From Vicinamibacteria bacterium (GTDB taxonomy: Bacteria > Acidobacteriota > Vicinamibacteria > Marinacidobacterales > Marinacidobacteraceae): 64,000 bases of DNA. The notes beneath the pieces were generated by a model. It had not been told where the DNA came from, searched no databases, and worked only from the letters and a program-made list of their open reading frames with translations. Below, in pieces: positions 39,636 to 49,655 of this stretch (positions within the stretch are counted from its first letter, which is position 1; every line of letters begins with the position of its first letter). Location of the stretch: contig OZ219815.1 of the NCBI GenBank assembly GCA_964291235.2, positions 1-64,000 of the forward strand. The letters are read 5' to 3'. A program made the position numbers and the translations under genes.

Positions 39636-41751
39636 GTACACCTGGCCCGCCGCTGGCGACCGCCTGCACATCGGCAAACGCATCAGTCGTCTCGACGGCC
39701 CGGTCAAGGCGACCGGACAAGCGAAGTACGCCTATGACATGAACCGGCTCGGAATGCTCTGGGCGATCATGGTTCAGAGTCCGCACGCCCACGCCCGCAT
39801 CACCGGCATCGACACCTCGGCGGCCGAAGCGATGGACGGCGTGGTCAAGGTCCACATCATTCAGGACGTGGGAACCGAGATCCAGTGGGCCCACGACGAG
39901 ATCGTGGTGGTGGCGGCCACCTCCGAAGAGGTGGCGCGCGACGCCGCGGCCGCGGTGAAGATCGACTTCGAGGTGCTCCCGCACTTCGTGAACGAGCGCG
40001 CCGTGGACGAGGCGCCCGACGCCCAGCCCGCCCAGGCGGAGACCACCGGGGATCCGGCCGCCGCGATGGGCTCGGCGGCGCACACGTCGAACGACAGCTA
40101 CCACGCGGCGCAGATCGCCCACTGCTCCCTCGAATCCCACGGCCAGGTGGCCGAGTGGCAGGACGAGGAGACGGTGACGCTCTGGGCCTCCACCCAGGCC
40201 ATTTCCGGCGTGGCCTCGCAGCTTGGCGAGGCCATCGGTATCCCGGCCTCCAACGTCCACGTCGAGACCCAGTACATGGGCGGCGGCTTCGGCAGCAAGT
40301 TCAGCGTGGACCGCTGGGGCGTGGTCTGCGCGGAACTCGCGCGCATGACCGGGCGCCCGGTGAAGCTGATGCTCGACCGCGACCAGGAGGTGAGCGTCGC
40401 CGGCGCCCGCCCGTCCACCCACGCCGAGGTCTCGGCCGGCGCCGACGGCGACGGCAACGTGGTGGCCTGGGATTCGAAGAGCTGGGGATCCGGAGGTCCG
40501 GCCGGCGCCGGATCGCCGCCGATTCCCTACGTGTTCAGCTTCGACAACCAGACCCACGCCCACACCTCGGTGCCGACCAACACCGGACCGGCACGGGCCT
40601 GGCGGGCCCCGAACCACCCGCAGGCGTGCTTCGTCACCATGCGGGCGCTCGAGGACCTCGCCCACACGGCGGGGATGGACCCGCTCGATTTCTTCCTGAA
40701 GAACATCGACAAGACCGGCGAGCGCTCGGGCGTCTATACCGAGGAACTCGAGAAGGGCGCCGAACTCATGGGCTGGCGCGATCGCTGGCGTCCGCGCGGC
40801 TCGGCCACCGGGACCGTGCGGTCCGGACTCGGACTCGCGCTCCACACCTGGGGCGGCCGCGGCCACCGGAGCAACTGCGAGGTACTCGCCTACCGCGACG
40901 GGCTGGTCGAAGCCCGCATCGGGAGTCAGGACCTCGGCACCGGGACCCGCACGATCATCGCCATGGTGCTCGCCGAGACCTTCGGCCTCGGCATCGAGCA
41001 GGTCAAGGTGACCATGGGGCGGAGCGTGCTTCCGGCCTCCGGCGCCTCGGGCGGCAGCACCACGGTGGGAGGGGTCAGCGGCTCGACCCGCCGCGCGGCG
41101 CTCAACGCGGTGGACGCGGTGTGCGAGCGGATCGCGCCGCGGCTCGGGACCGAGATGGCGAACCTCGAGCTCAAGGGCGGCCAGCTCCACTTCAAGGACG
41201 GCTCGATGGCCGCGATGCCCTGGCGACAGGCGGCGGCCCTCATCGGGGTGAACCCGGTGTCGGCGACGGGCGCCAACCCGGGCCCGGGTCAACTGAACGA
41301 CAGCGGAGTGGGCGGCGTCCAGATGGCCGACGTCAGCGTGGACATGGAGACCGGAGTGGTTTCCATCAACCGGCTGGTGGCGGTCCAGGACTGCGGGCTC
41401 GTCCTCGACCTGAAGACAGCGGAGAGCCAGGTGTACGGGGCGCTCATCATGGGCGTCACCTACGCGCTCACCGAGGAGCGGGTCTTCGACCCCCACACCG
41501 GCCTCATGCTGAACGCCGACATGGAGTTCTACAAACTGGCCGGAATCGAGGATGTGGGCGAGATGATCGTCCACATGATGACCGGACCCGGCTACGACGA
41601 GCGGGGCGTGATCGGGCTCGGTGAGCCGCCGGTCATCGCGCCGGGAGCGGCGATCGCCAACGCGGCGTCGAACGCCGCCGGGGTCCCGATCAACGAAATG
41701 CCGATGACGCCCGAGCGAGTGCTCGCGGCAATCAACGGAGGGATGGCCTGA
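39628..41751 (+). CDS. XDH-family molybdopterin-binding subunit (PaoC/YagR-like)
   Basis: KATGQAKY, MGGGFGSK, WRAP, QDLGTG, GGST, GLGEPP (catalytic Glu). Confidence 0.94.
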   Translation: MAEYTWPAAGDRLHIGKRISRLDGPVKATGQAKYAYDMNRLGMLWAIMVQSPHAHARITGIDTSAAEAMDGVVKVHIIQDVGTEIQWAHDEIVVVAATSEEVARDAAAAVKIDFEVLPHFVNERAVDEAPDAQPAQAETTGDPAAAMGSAAHTSNDSYHAAQIAHCSLESHGQVAEWQDEETVTLWASTQAISGVASQLGEAIGIPASNVHVETQYMGGGFGSKFSVDRWGVVCAELARMTGRPVKLMLDRDQEVSVAGARPSTHAEVSAGADGDGNVVAWDSKSWGSGGPAGAGSPPIPYVFSFDNQTHAHTSVPTNTGPARAWRAPNHPQACFVTMRALEDLAHTAGMDPLDFFLKNIDKTGERSGVYTEELEKGAELMGWRDRWRPRGSATGTVRSGLGLALHTWGGRGHRSNCEVLAYRDGLVEARIGSQDLGTGTRTIIAMVLAETFGLGIEQVKVTMGRSVLPASGASGGSTTVGGVSGSTRRAALNAVDAVCERIAPRLGTEMANLELKGGQLHFKDGSMAAMPWRQAAALIGVNPVSATGANPGPGQLNDSGVGGVQMADVSVDMETGVVSINRLVAVQDCGLVLDLKTAESQVYGALIMGVTYALTEERVFDPHTGLMLNADMEFYKLAGIEDVGEMIVHMMTGPGYDERGVIGLGEPPVIAPGAAIANAASNAAGVPINEMPMTPERVLAAINGGMA

Positions 41752-42695
41752 TGCGCGCCTTCGAATACACGAGTCCCCGGACCGCCGAGGACGCGGTCCG
41801 GATGCTGTCCACCGAGGGCGCCGTAGCGCTCGCCGGCGGCACGGACCTGCTGAGCCTGATGAAGGACGGGGCGGCGGCGCCGTCGCGCCTCGTCAACCTG
41901 AAGGCGATTCAGGATCTCAGCGGGGCTCACGAGACCGACGGTGGACTCCACATCGGCGCCACCACCCGGCTGGGGCCGCTCGGAGAGCACCGCGCGATCC
42001 GCGAGTCCTTTCCGGCGGTCGCCCAGGCCATCGCCGGAGTCCGCAGCCGACAGGTGCTGTCGATGCGGACCGTCGGCGGCGACCTCTGCCAGCGGCCCCG
42101 CTGCTGGTATTTCCGCGCCGGTTTCGGGCTCGTCCCGATGCACGACGGGGCGTCCATGGCGAAGACGGGCGACAACCGCTACCACGCGATCTTCGGAAAC
42201 TCGGGGGCCGCGGTCTTCGTGAACCCGTCGAGCCTCGCGCCGGCGCTGATCGCGCTGGGCGCGTCGGCGACCGTTCTCGGCCCGGACGGTGAGCGGACGA
42301 TGGCGGTCGAAGACCTCTACCGCACGCCGATGTCGAGCGACGAGAGCGAGTTCACGCTCGGAGCCGCCGAGATCGTCACCGGGGTCACGATCCCGATGCG
42401 GGCGAGCAACAACGCCACCTACGAGGTCCGGAACCGGAAGGGCTTCGACTGGCCGCTCGCCACCGCCTCGGTCGCGATGGGCGACGGCGGCGGCCGGGTG
42501 GTGCTCGGGCACGTTGCCCCGACCCCCTGGATGAGCGCCGCGGCAGCCGGGGCGCTCGCCGGCGGGATCAGCGAGGCCAGCGCCGAAGCGGCGGGTGACG
42601 CCGCGGTGGCGGATGCATCCGCGCTCTCCGGAAACGCTTACAAGATCCAGCTCGCGCGGGTCGCGGTGAAACGCGCCGCGCTCGCTGCCATGTGA
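41751..42695 (+). CDS. XDH-family FAD-binding subunit (PaoB/YagS-like)
   Basis: LAGGTDLL, TVGGDLCQRPRCWYFR, NAYKI. Confidence 0.93.
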   Translation: MRAFEYTSPRTAEDAVRMLSTEGAVALAGGTDLLSLMKDGAAAPSRLVNLKAIQDLSGAHETDGGLHIGATTRLGPLGEHRAIRESFPAVAQAIAGVRSRQVLSMRTVGGDLCQRPRCWYFRAGFGLVPMHDGASMAKTGDNRYHAIFGNSGAAVFVNPSSLAPALIALGASATVLGPDGERTMAVEDLYRTPMSSDESEFTLGAAEIVTGVTIPMRASNNATYEVRNRKGFDWPLATASVAMGDGGGRVVLGHVAPTPWMSAAAAGALAGGISEASAEAAGDAAVADASALSGNAYKIQLARVAVKRAALAAM

Positions 42696-42706
42696 GGGGA
42701 TAGACG

Positions 42707-42967
42707 ATGGCCACGAAAACAACCGTTCCGAAGAGCGCCGTTCCGGGAGCCACCGGGCGCGCCGCTTTCTCGCTCTGCCACCGTCTTCGCTCCAAGGCGA
42801 TGTACATGGACGTCGAGTACGACCCGAGCGTGCCCGGCGGAGTCCCCGGCGACGGCTACTTCTGGTGCACGCACACGCAGAACTGCCTCGGCCCCGACGG
42901 GCGGGTGGCCGACCGCGAGCAGTGCACCGAGGGTTCCGGGCGGAGCTGTTTCGAGCGCGCCTGGTAG
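42707..42967 (+). CDS. Small Cys-rich hypothetical protein
   Basis: CxxLRSK..YFWCxxTxxCLGPDG..C..RSCF; RBS; 11 bp after the FAD subunit. Confidence 0.75.
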   Translation: MATKTTVPKSAVPGATGRAAFSLCHRLRSKAMYMDVEYDPSVPGGVPGDGYFWCTHTQNCLGPDGRVADREQCTEGSGRSCFERAW

Positions 42968-43075
42968 GCGGCAGACCTCCGTCCCTGAGCCGCGTGAAGC
43001 GGCGCTTCGCCCCTGTTAGACTGTGCCCTTCGGGCTGGCCGCACCGAGCCGCGGTCTCCCGATGGAGGTAGCGTC

Positions 43076-43756
43076 ATGAAGATTTCCCGTTTCCTGCTGG
43101 CAGCCACGTTCCTCGCCATGGGCGCGATGGCTTTCGCCGCCGGTCCTGGCGAGGCGGACACCTCGCTTGAGGGCCTTTACCTCGAGGCCCGCACCGCCGA
43201 CGTGTACGCCGGTCATTGCTTCGCGAACAGCGAGGTTGGACTGGACGGGCAGGAAGCCGTGCTCGCCTGGAACGTCTCCGCGGGGACGTACGAAGGCGTG
43301 GAGCTGTCCGGCCTGTCGGTGGTTGCCGTGGTGAAGGCGCAGGCCACCCTGGGAGATCCCCATGACAACCCGTATCCGGCGGATTCGGTGCTGATCGTGG
43401 ACGAGAACGCGAACGCCGACCAGCGGAGCGCCCTTATCCAGCTCGCCCACGACATGGGCGGCGAACTGCTCGACAACGTCCTCAACGTCCGTGACGCCGC
43501 GGTGGCCGCCGACTTCGAGAGCCGTCCGGGGCACGCCTCGCTGACCGCGGGCGAACTGGTCGAGATCAAGACGCGGGCGATCACCCACAAGGATCACCTC
43601 TGCGGCAGCGAGTTCGTGTACTACCCGCCGCTGACCGAGATCGCCGACGCGATGCCGGCCTATACCGAGGCCCACGCGTTCCGCGGCGACGACTTCAACA
43701 CCACCTGGAGTTGCCCGCTGAAGCGGAGCGCCTTCCTCGGCACCTTCGTCCGCTAG
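43076..43756 (+). CDS. Secreted hypothetical protein, DUF1326-like (tentative)
   Basis: GGAGG RBS, signal peptide, YLEARTADVYAGHCFANSE, HLCGSE. Confidence 0.65.
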   Translation: MKISRFLLAATFLAMGAMAFAAGPGEADTSLEGLYLEARTADVYAGHCFANSEVGLDGQEAVLAWNVSAGTYEGVELSGLSVVAVVKAQATLGDPHDNPYPADSVLIVDENANADQRSALIQLAHDMGGELLDNVLNVRDAAVAADFESRPGHASLTAGELVEIKTRAITHKDHLCGSEFVYYPPLTEIADAMPAYTEAHAFRGDDFNTTWSCPLKRSAFLGTFVR

Positions 43757-43777
43757 TCCGGACAAGCTCCCCGCGTC

Positions 43778-44437
43778 ATGAGCTTCCCCCGGCGACTGCC
43801 TCGCCTGTTCCTGCCCGCGGGCATCCTGCTCGCCGCCTCGCTTGCTCTCGGTAGCGATCAGCCAACCCTCGCGGCCGCCGACGGCGCCCCGCCCGAAGGC
43901 GTCTCGGACGAAATCCGGGCGGCGGTGAACGCCGACGGCATCCGGGCCACGCTCGGTTCGGGGGTGAACCTCGACTTCTGGCTCCGGACCGATGCTCCCG
44001 GCGGCGGCGGAACGAACCCGGGAGCCACCTTCCCCGACCTCAAGGTGGGGACGCTGGTCGGAGTCGTCCGGATCGACGGCCCCTGGTCCGACTACAAGGG
44101 GAACCCCATCGAGCCGAACGTCTTCACCATGCGCTACGGGAACCGCCCGGAGGACGGCAACCACATGGGCGTCTCCGTCCATCTGGACTACGTGCTGCTC
44201 GTGCCGGTCGCCGAGGACATGACGCTCGACGTCGAGTGGGGACAGGACGACCTGAACATCATGAGCTTCGCGGCCACCGGTATCGGCCACCCCGCGGTGA
44301 TGAGTCTGGCGCCCAACTGGGACGGGATCAGCGAGCCCGCGATCTTCCAGGACGACGCCGGCGGCTGGGCGCTCGGTCATCCCTGGGACGGCGGTCTCAC
44401 CCTTGGCTTCGTCGTGGACGGCGAAGGCGAGCACTAA
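43778..44437 (+). CDS. Secreted acidic hypothetical protein
   Basis: Signal peptide, typical codon usage, MRYG.RPEDGNHMGVS, GHPAV. Confidence 0.75.
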   Translation: MSFPRRLPRLFLPAGILLAASLALGSDQPTLAAADGAPPEGVSDEIRAAVNADGIRATLGSGVNLDFWLRTDAPGGGGTNPGATFPDLKVGTLVGVVRIDGPWSDYKGNPIEPNVFTMRYGNRPEDGNHMGVSVHLDYVLLVPVAEDMTLDVEWGQDDLNIMSFAATGIGHPAVMSLAPNWDGISEPAIFQDDAGGWALGHPWDGGLTLGFVVDGEGEH

Positions 44438-44561
44438 GTCCGGGCGGACCCGGAAGGGGGCGCGCCACGTGCGCTCGTGGCGTGACGGCCCTCGGACGTT
44501 GTAGTCGCGCCCCCTTCCGGGTCCGCTCGGCGCCCCCCCACCGGGAGAACTGGCGCGCCGG

Positions 44562-44692
44562 AATCGAAACTCCCTTGCCCGCCTCCGGCGTGCTGCGGCG
44601 AGTTCCGATTTGGGTTGCCATTTTGTGAAAGGGGGAGCACCCCCTTTCACACTTTCCCCCCAATCAGGCGGCCAGCGAACAAGTTCGCTGCC
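44562..44692 (-). repeat. Three-hairpin element, copy 3
   Basis: Reverse complement of the 7871/34786 architecture. Confidence 0.8.
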
Positions 44693-44693
44693 G

Positions 44694-45592
44694 GGGACGG
44701 ACCCTCACCAGCGCAAACGGCGGGCGACCGTAACGGAACGCCGGCCTCCAGGCCGGCACAGCCCCGCGAAGCAGGGCGGCGGGACGGCCCCTCACGAGCA
44801 CAAACAGCGGGCGACCGCAACGGAACGCCGGCCTCCAGGCCGGCACAGCCCCGCGAAGCGGGGCGGCGGGACGGACCCTCACCAGCGCAAACAGCGGGCG
44901 ACCGCAAGGGAACGCCGGCCTCCAGGCCGGCACAGCCCCGCGAAGCGGGGCGGCGGGACGGACCCTCACCAGCGCAAACAGCGGGCGACCGCAAGGGAAC
45001 GCCGGCCTCCAGGCCGGCACAGCCCCGCGAAGCGGGGCGGCGGGACGGACCCTCACCAGCGCAAACAGCGGGCGACCGCAAGGGAACGCCGGCCTCCAGG
45101 CCGGCACAGCCCCGCGAAGCGGGGCGGCGGGACGGACCCTCACCAGCGCAAACAGCGGGCGACCGCAAGGGAACGCCGGCCTCCAGGCCGGCACAGCCCC
45201 GCGAAGCGGGGCGGCGGGACGGACCCTCACCAGCGCAAACAGCGGGCGACCGCAAGGGAACGCCGGCCTCCAGGCCGGCACAGCCCCGCGAAGCGGGGCG
45301 GCGGGACGGACTCTCACCAGCACAAACAGCGGGCGACCGCAACGGAACGCCGGCCTCCAGGCCGGCACAGCCCCGCGAAGCGGGGCGACGGGACCGACCC
45401 TCACGAGCGCAAACAGCGGGCGACCGCAACGGAACGCCGGCCTCCAGGCCGGCACAGCCCCGCGAAGCAGGGCGGCGGGACGGCCCCTCACGAGCACAAA
45501 CAGCGGGCGACCGCAACGGAACGCCGGCCTCCAGGCCGGCACAGCCCCGCGAAGCGGGGCGGCGGGACGGACCCTCACGAGCGCAAACGGCG
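44694..45592 (+). repeat. REP array, 87-bp period, 10 copies
   Basis: GGAACGCC starts at 44735, 44822, 44909, 44996, 45083, 45170, 45257, 45344, 45431 and 45518. Confidence 0.96.
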
Positions 45593-45622
45593 CCGACCGT
45601 AAAGAAACGCTCCTCGCGCCCC

Positions 45623-46750
45623 TCAGTGCTCCAGTTCGCAGCGGAGCGGCCAATCCCCCGCGGGCAGCTTTACCTCCACCGAGCGGGAACCGGCCGCCAC
45701 GCCCGACGCCGGCTGCAGAAACCGGCTTTCGGCAACATCCAGACAATCCGGGCGCCCGTGGCCGTAGTAGTCGTCACGGCCCACGTCAATGAAGGTCTCT
45801 CCCCCGCGGGGTTGTCTGTCCACGCCCTGAAACATCAGATCGTTCTCGACGTCGTCCACGTGCGAGCCCTGGATGTAGTTCGGCGAACAGCTCGCCACCG
45901 CGCCGAAGACGTGGAAAAACTCGTGGACCATGATCACCTCGAAGGTGGAGACGGTCTCGTCATCAATGCCGAGTTCCCCGTCGCTGCACCCAAGATACAC
46001 AGCCCCTGCCCGGCCGAAGAGCGGAGCGCTCCCGCAGAGCCCCGCCACTGAACCCTCGTAGTAGATGGCGAGGATCTTGTCGCCGGTGATTTCCAGCCGA
46101 CGCGCCGCGCGCAGGATGTCATTGACTGTGCCCCCCGCGGTGCCATCACCCTCCTGGTGGGTGAACGGCAGCCGCAGGAACGAAACGTCCGGCCGCCCCT
46201 GGTAGGTGTCGAGACGCACGGTCTGCCCGATTTCTTCGGCGAGCCAGTTCTGAATCCCCAGGACGGAGCGCTCGACTTCCCCGAACCGGTCGCGGTTTCG
46301 ATCCTCCACGTCGCTGGGGACGGCGTACACGAAGTGGACCTGGGGGCCGCTGATGTCATCCGGCCGGTCCCTGGTGCTCCGCGGAATCGGATCTTCCACA
46401 CCCATCTCCAGCTCCGCTTCGAAGCCCTCGAAGGTGGCCGTCAGTACCGCAGCCCCGGCCCCGACGCCTACGGCGAAACCCTCCTCGTCGATCTCGACCA
46501 CATCCGGATCGGATGAGGTCCATACGGCGGAAACGGTTCCCGTGGTGCCGTCGTCGTAGTTCCCGTAAACCACCAGCGGGCCGATCCGCTGCCCGACGCG
46601 GAGGTCACTGCGCGGAACGAACGGCTCGAGGCCGGTGAGCTGGCGCGGCGGCCGCGGCGGAGTCGGCGGTGGAGCGGTGGGCGACACCCCGTCTCCGCCG
46701 CAGGAGGCGAAGAAAACAAAGAACGGAAGAAGAAGAGCCGCGCGTCTCAC
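45623..46750 (-). CDS. Lipoprotein with Ig-like (Big_2) domain and zincin-like domain
   Basis: Lipobox FAS-C; WTSSDPDVV.ID..G; HEFFH; later H and LM. Confidence 0.8.
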   Translation of the reverse strand: MRRAALLLPFFVFFASCGGDGVSPTAPPPTPPRPPRQLTGLEPFVPRSDLRVGQRIGPLVVYGNYDDGTTGTVSAVWTSSDPDVVEIDEEGFAVGVGAGAAVLTATFEGFEAELEMGVEDPIPRSTRDRPDDISGPQVHFVYAVPSDVEDRNRDRFGEVERSVLGIQNWLAEEIGQTVRLDTYQGRPDVSFLRLPFTHQEGDGTAGGTVNDILRAARRLEITGDKILAIYYEGSVAGLCGSAPLFGRAGAVYLGCSDGELGIDDETVSTFEVIMVHEFFHVFGAVASCSPNYIQGSHVDDVENDLMFQGVDRQPRGGETFIDVGRDDYYGHGRPDCLDVAESRFLQPASGVAAGSRSVEVKLPAGDWPLRCELEH

Positions 46751-46842
46751 GGTGTTCTAGCCTAGCGTGAGGCGTCTCGGATTCCCGGGAGGACCGGAAT
46801 ACACTCGCCGCTCCCCTCCCCTACCCCCAAGGACCTCCCGAC

Positions 46843-47541
46843 ATTCCCCCGACCGAGCCGCACGCGACGACCGAGGCGACCTCCACGAACGCCGCCGGCA
46901 TCCTCCTCGCCGCCGGCGAGTCGAAGCGGATGCGCCGCGTAAAGGCCCTCCTCCCCCACCCGGACGGCTCCGGCCGCACCCTGATCCGCGCCGCCGCCGA
47001 AACCATGCTGGAAGCGGGCCTCGCTCCGCTGGTGGTAGTGCTCGGCCACGCTCACCGGGAGGTAGCGCCCGAACTCAGGGGGCTCGCGGTGCGGGCGGTC
47101 CCAAACCCCGCCTACCAGCGGGGCATGCTCTCCTCTCTCCAGATCGGGATCCGCGCCCTGGCCGCTGAGCGACAGGTCTTCTGGGCGGTGGTCGCCCCGC
47201 TGGATCAGCCGTTCCTTTCCGCCGTGCTCATCCGACGACTGCTGAGCGCCGCGACGGAACCCACCCGGCCTCCGGCGGCGGCGGTTCCCGCCACCCCGGC
47301 GATGGAGCGCACCGGAACCTGGGGCCTGCCGGTAGTGCTCCGCCGGCGCCTCTTCCCGGAGGTGCTCGAACTCTCGGGGACCCGGGCCACGGACGCCGGC
47401 GGCCGGGACCGTGGCGCCGGTCGCGTTCTCATGCGGCACCGCGGCGACCTGGTGGTGGTCGCCGCATCCGAACGGGAGCTTCTCGACCTCGACGACTGGC
47501 AGAGCTACGAACGGGCGCGGCATTCTTCGGCAGACGCATGA
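46843..47541 (+). CDS. Molybdenum cofactor cytidylyltransferase-like (MocA/NTP_transf_3); start uncertain
   Basis: GILLAAGESKRM..KALL, NPAY..GMLSSL..G, DQP, RDRGA, DLDD. Confidence 0.85.
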   Translation: MPPTEPHATTEATSTNAAGILLAAGESKRMRRVKALLPHPDGSGRTLIRAAAETMLEAGLAPLVVVLGHAHREVAPELRGLAVRAVPNPAYQRGMLSSLQIGIRALAAERQVFWAVVAPLDQPFLSAVLIRRLLSAATEPTRPPAAAVPATPAMERTGTWGLPVVLRRRLFPEVLELSGTRATDAGGRDRGAGRVLMRHRGDLVVVAASERELLDLDDWQSYERARHSSADA

Positions 47542-48248
47542 CGATTCCCCTGCCCCCGCTCCCGGCTCTCGCGCTCAGCTACGGCTCGGTCGGCGCGCTG
47601 GTGCTGGCCGCGGAGCTGCTCCGCCGGGCCGGCAGACTCTCCTCAGACGCGACGCGCAAGGTCATCCACACGGGCGTCGGGCTCTGGATCGTTCCCACCG
47701 TCTTCGTGTTCGCTGACTGGCGGGTGGCGATCGTGCCGCCCCTGACGTTCCTGGTGGCGAACTACGTGATCCACCGCTTCCGGCTGCTGCCCGCACTCGA
47801 CGGCGACCCGGCGAACCTCGGCACCGTCTTCTTCCCCCTTTCCTTCACGCTGTTGCTCGCGGTCTTCTTTCGGCCCGGGGAACCCGGCAACCAGGCATTC
47901 CTGGCGGTGGCCGGACTGCTCACCATGGCGCTCGGTGACTCCGCCGCCGCCATCTTCGGCAAACGCTACGGAACCCGCCGGTACACCATCCTGGGCCATT
48001 CACGGACCATGGAGGGGAGCATGGCGATGTTCCTCGTCACCGGGGTGGTGGTCGCTGCGGTGCTGAACGCCATGGCGGGCTTTTCCTGGCACCCCGCGGT
48101 TGCCTTCGGACTGGTGACCGGCACGGCCGCCGCCGGGATCGAAGCCGTCTGCCCCTTCGGCAGCGACAACCTGTTCGTGCCGCTCGGGACGGCGGGGGTG
48201 CTCTGGGTGCTCGTGGAGGTGAGCGGCGCGGCGCTGGGGGTGGGCTGA
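47538..48248 (+). CDS. Phytol/dolichol kinase-like CTP-dependent membrane kinase
   Basis: RKVIH, GDSAAAIFGKRYG, RTMEGS, DNLFVP; multi-TM. Confidence 0.85.
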   Translation: MTIPLPPLPALALSYGSVGALVLAAELLRRAGRLSSDATRKVIHTGVGLWIVPTVFVFADWRVAIVPPLTFLVANYVIHRFRLLPALDGDPANLGTVFFPLSFTLLLAVFFRPGEPGNQAFLAVAGLLTMALGDSAAAIFGKRYGTRRYTILGHSRTMEGSMAMFLVTGVVVAAVLNAMAGFSWHPAVAFGLVTGTAAAGIEAVCPFGSDNLFVPLGTAGVLWVLVEVSGAALGVG

Positions 48249-48356
48249 GCGCGCGCGTGGCCCCGGGCGGGGATAGCAACACGCGTGCTTCGTTCCCCCG
48301 CGGGGATCGATACGACGCTTCCCTCCGGTAAGGTTTCCGCTTCGCCGCATCCGGCT

Positions 48357-49458
48357 ATGTCCATCATTTCTCTTGACAAAGGGCGCGCTCTCGGGGCCGC
48401 GGTGGCCAGCGTGACCTGGCGCTCGCTGCAGGTCGCCGCGGCGATCGCGGTGGTGGTGGTCCCGTTCGGCTACGCCATCACCGACGTAAACGACGACGTC
48501 CTGATGGGCGCGCTCGCCGGCCTTACCGTCGGGATCGGGCTCAACCTGCGGATGGGCGCGCGGAACGGCCGGTCCGTCGGCATCCTGATCGGTACGACCG
48601 TCGGAGCCGTGACGGCCCTGATCGCCGGCCTCATTCCGGGGAACCCCTGGGGCGCGCTCATCACGCCGGTCCTGGCGCTCGGCATCGGCTTGACCGACGG
48701 GCTGGGCGAAACACGCATTCGCGGTTACCGGGATGCACTCCAGGAAGCGGCTCTCCTCTCCGGTCTCCTCGGTGCCGGACTGCTGTTCGTGCCGGGCGGG
48801 TTTATCGGTACGTTGGGATGCGTCTTCATGATCGGCCCCAACGCCCTCTACGTGGGGATATTCAACCGCAACCACGAGGGCCGGCGCTATTCGCGTCCGC
48901 CGATCGGGCTCCTGTTCGCCTGGGTGGCCGTACTTGCCTTGGTCACGTATCTGGTGATGCATGAGACCGAACCGCACGGATCCCTGGACGCGAGCCTGCT
49001 CTCCGCCTTCTCCGCGCTGGTGGTAGTGCCCATCCCGACGTTCCTGGCCGCCCGCACCTTCGCGATCTGGATCGAGCCGCGCCTGCGCCTCTACGTCCAG
49101 CTTGCCGACTACCTGCGGGTGATGTGGGTTCCGATCGGCGGCTTCGCCGTCGGCTACCTCGCGATCATCGTGATCTTCTCCGGATTCTTCGGAATGCTCG
49201 AGCGCTTCGTCCCGGAGTCGTTCAACGGCGCCGCGGGCGCGGGTGTGTCTGGACTGGATCGCCTTCTCCTTCTACTCGGCCATTGCCGACCCCAGCTCGG
49301 CGATCCGGGCGACTTCCGGGCTGGCCCGCTTCCTGGTCGGAACCCAGCTCGTCTTTTCCATCGGCTGGGCGCTCGTGGTGTTCGCCGCGGTGATGTCCGC
49401 CATCCAGCCGCAACTGGACGCGATCTCCCGCCGCAGCGCGGAAAACGGCGACTCTTAA
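48357..49458 (+). CDS. Multi-TM membrane protein with channel-like C-terminus; single frameshift near 49245
   Basis: Many TM segments; continues in 49243-49458 as DWIAFSFYSAI..LARFLVGTQL. Confidence 0.65.
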
Positions 49459-49655
49459 CAGCCTGTGGCAAAACCCCCGCGGCCCAGTTCTCCCGGTGGG
49501 GGCTCAAGCGGCGATGCATCCCGTCTGAACCGCGCCGCCGTGCGGCGCTCATCGTTGCGTTTCGGTCGAAATACACCCGGTATTCCTCCCTCACGCGCCT
49601 TGTCAGCCGGGCGCCTCGCCACTCTCGGCGCTCACGGGGGTTTCACCACAGGCTG
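49459..49655. mobile_element. MITE (197 bp) with ~20-bp TIRs and TTAA target duplication
   Basis: TTAA|CAGCCTGTGGCAAAACCCCC...GGGGGTTTCACCACAGGCTG|TTAA; non-coding. Confidence 0.88.

Noticed and set aside
44694-45592. CRISPR array
   Set aside because: The linkers between palindromes are near-identical rather than unique spacers, there are no cas genes, and the repeat matches the REP flanking the RAYT. The same applies to the arrays at 13.2, 15.7, 17.0 and 34.3 kb.
44610-46051. Long repeat-protein ORFs in several frames
   Set aside because: Artefact of an 87-bp (29-codon) stop-free GC-rich repeat unit.
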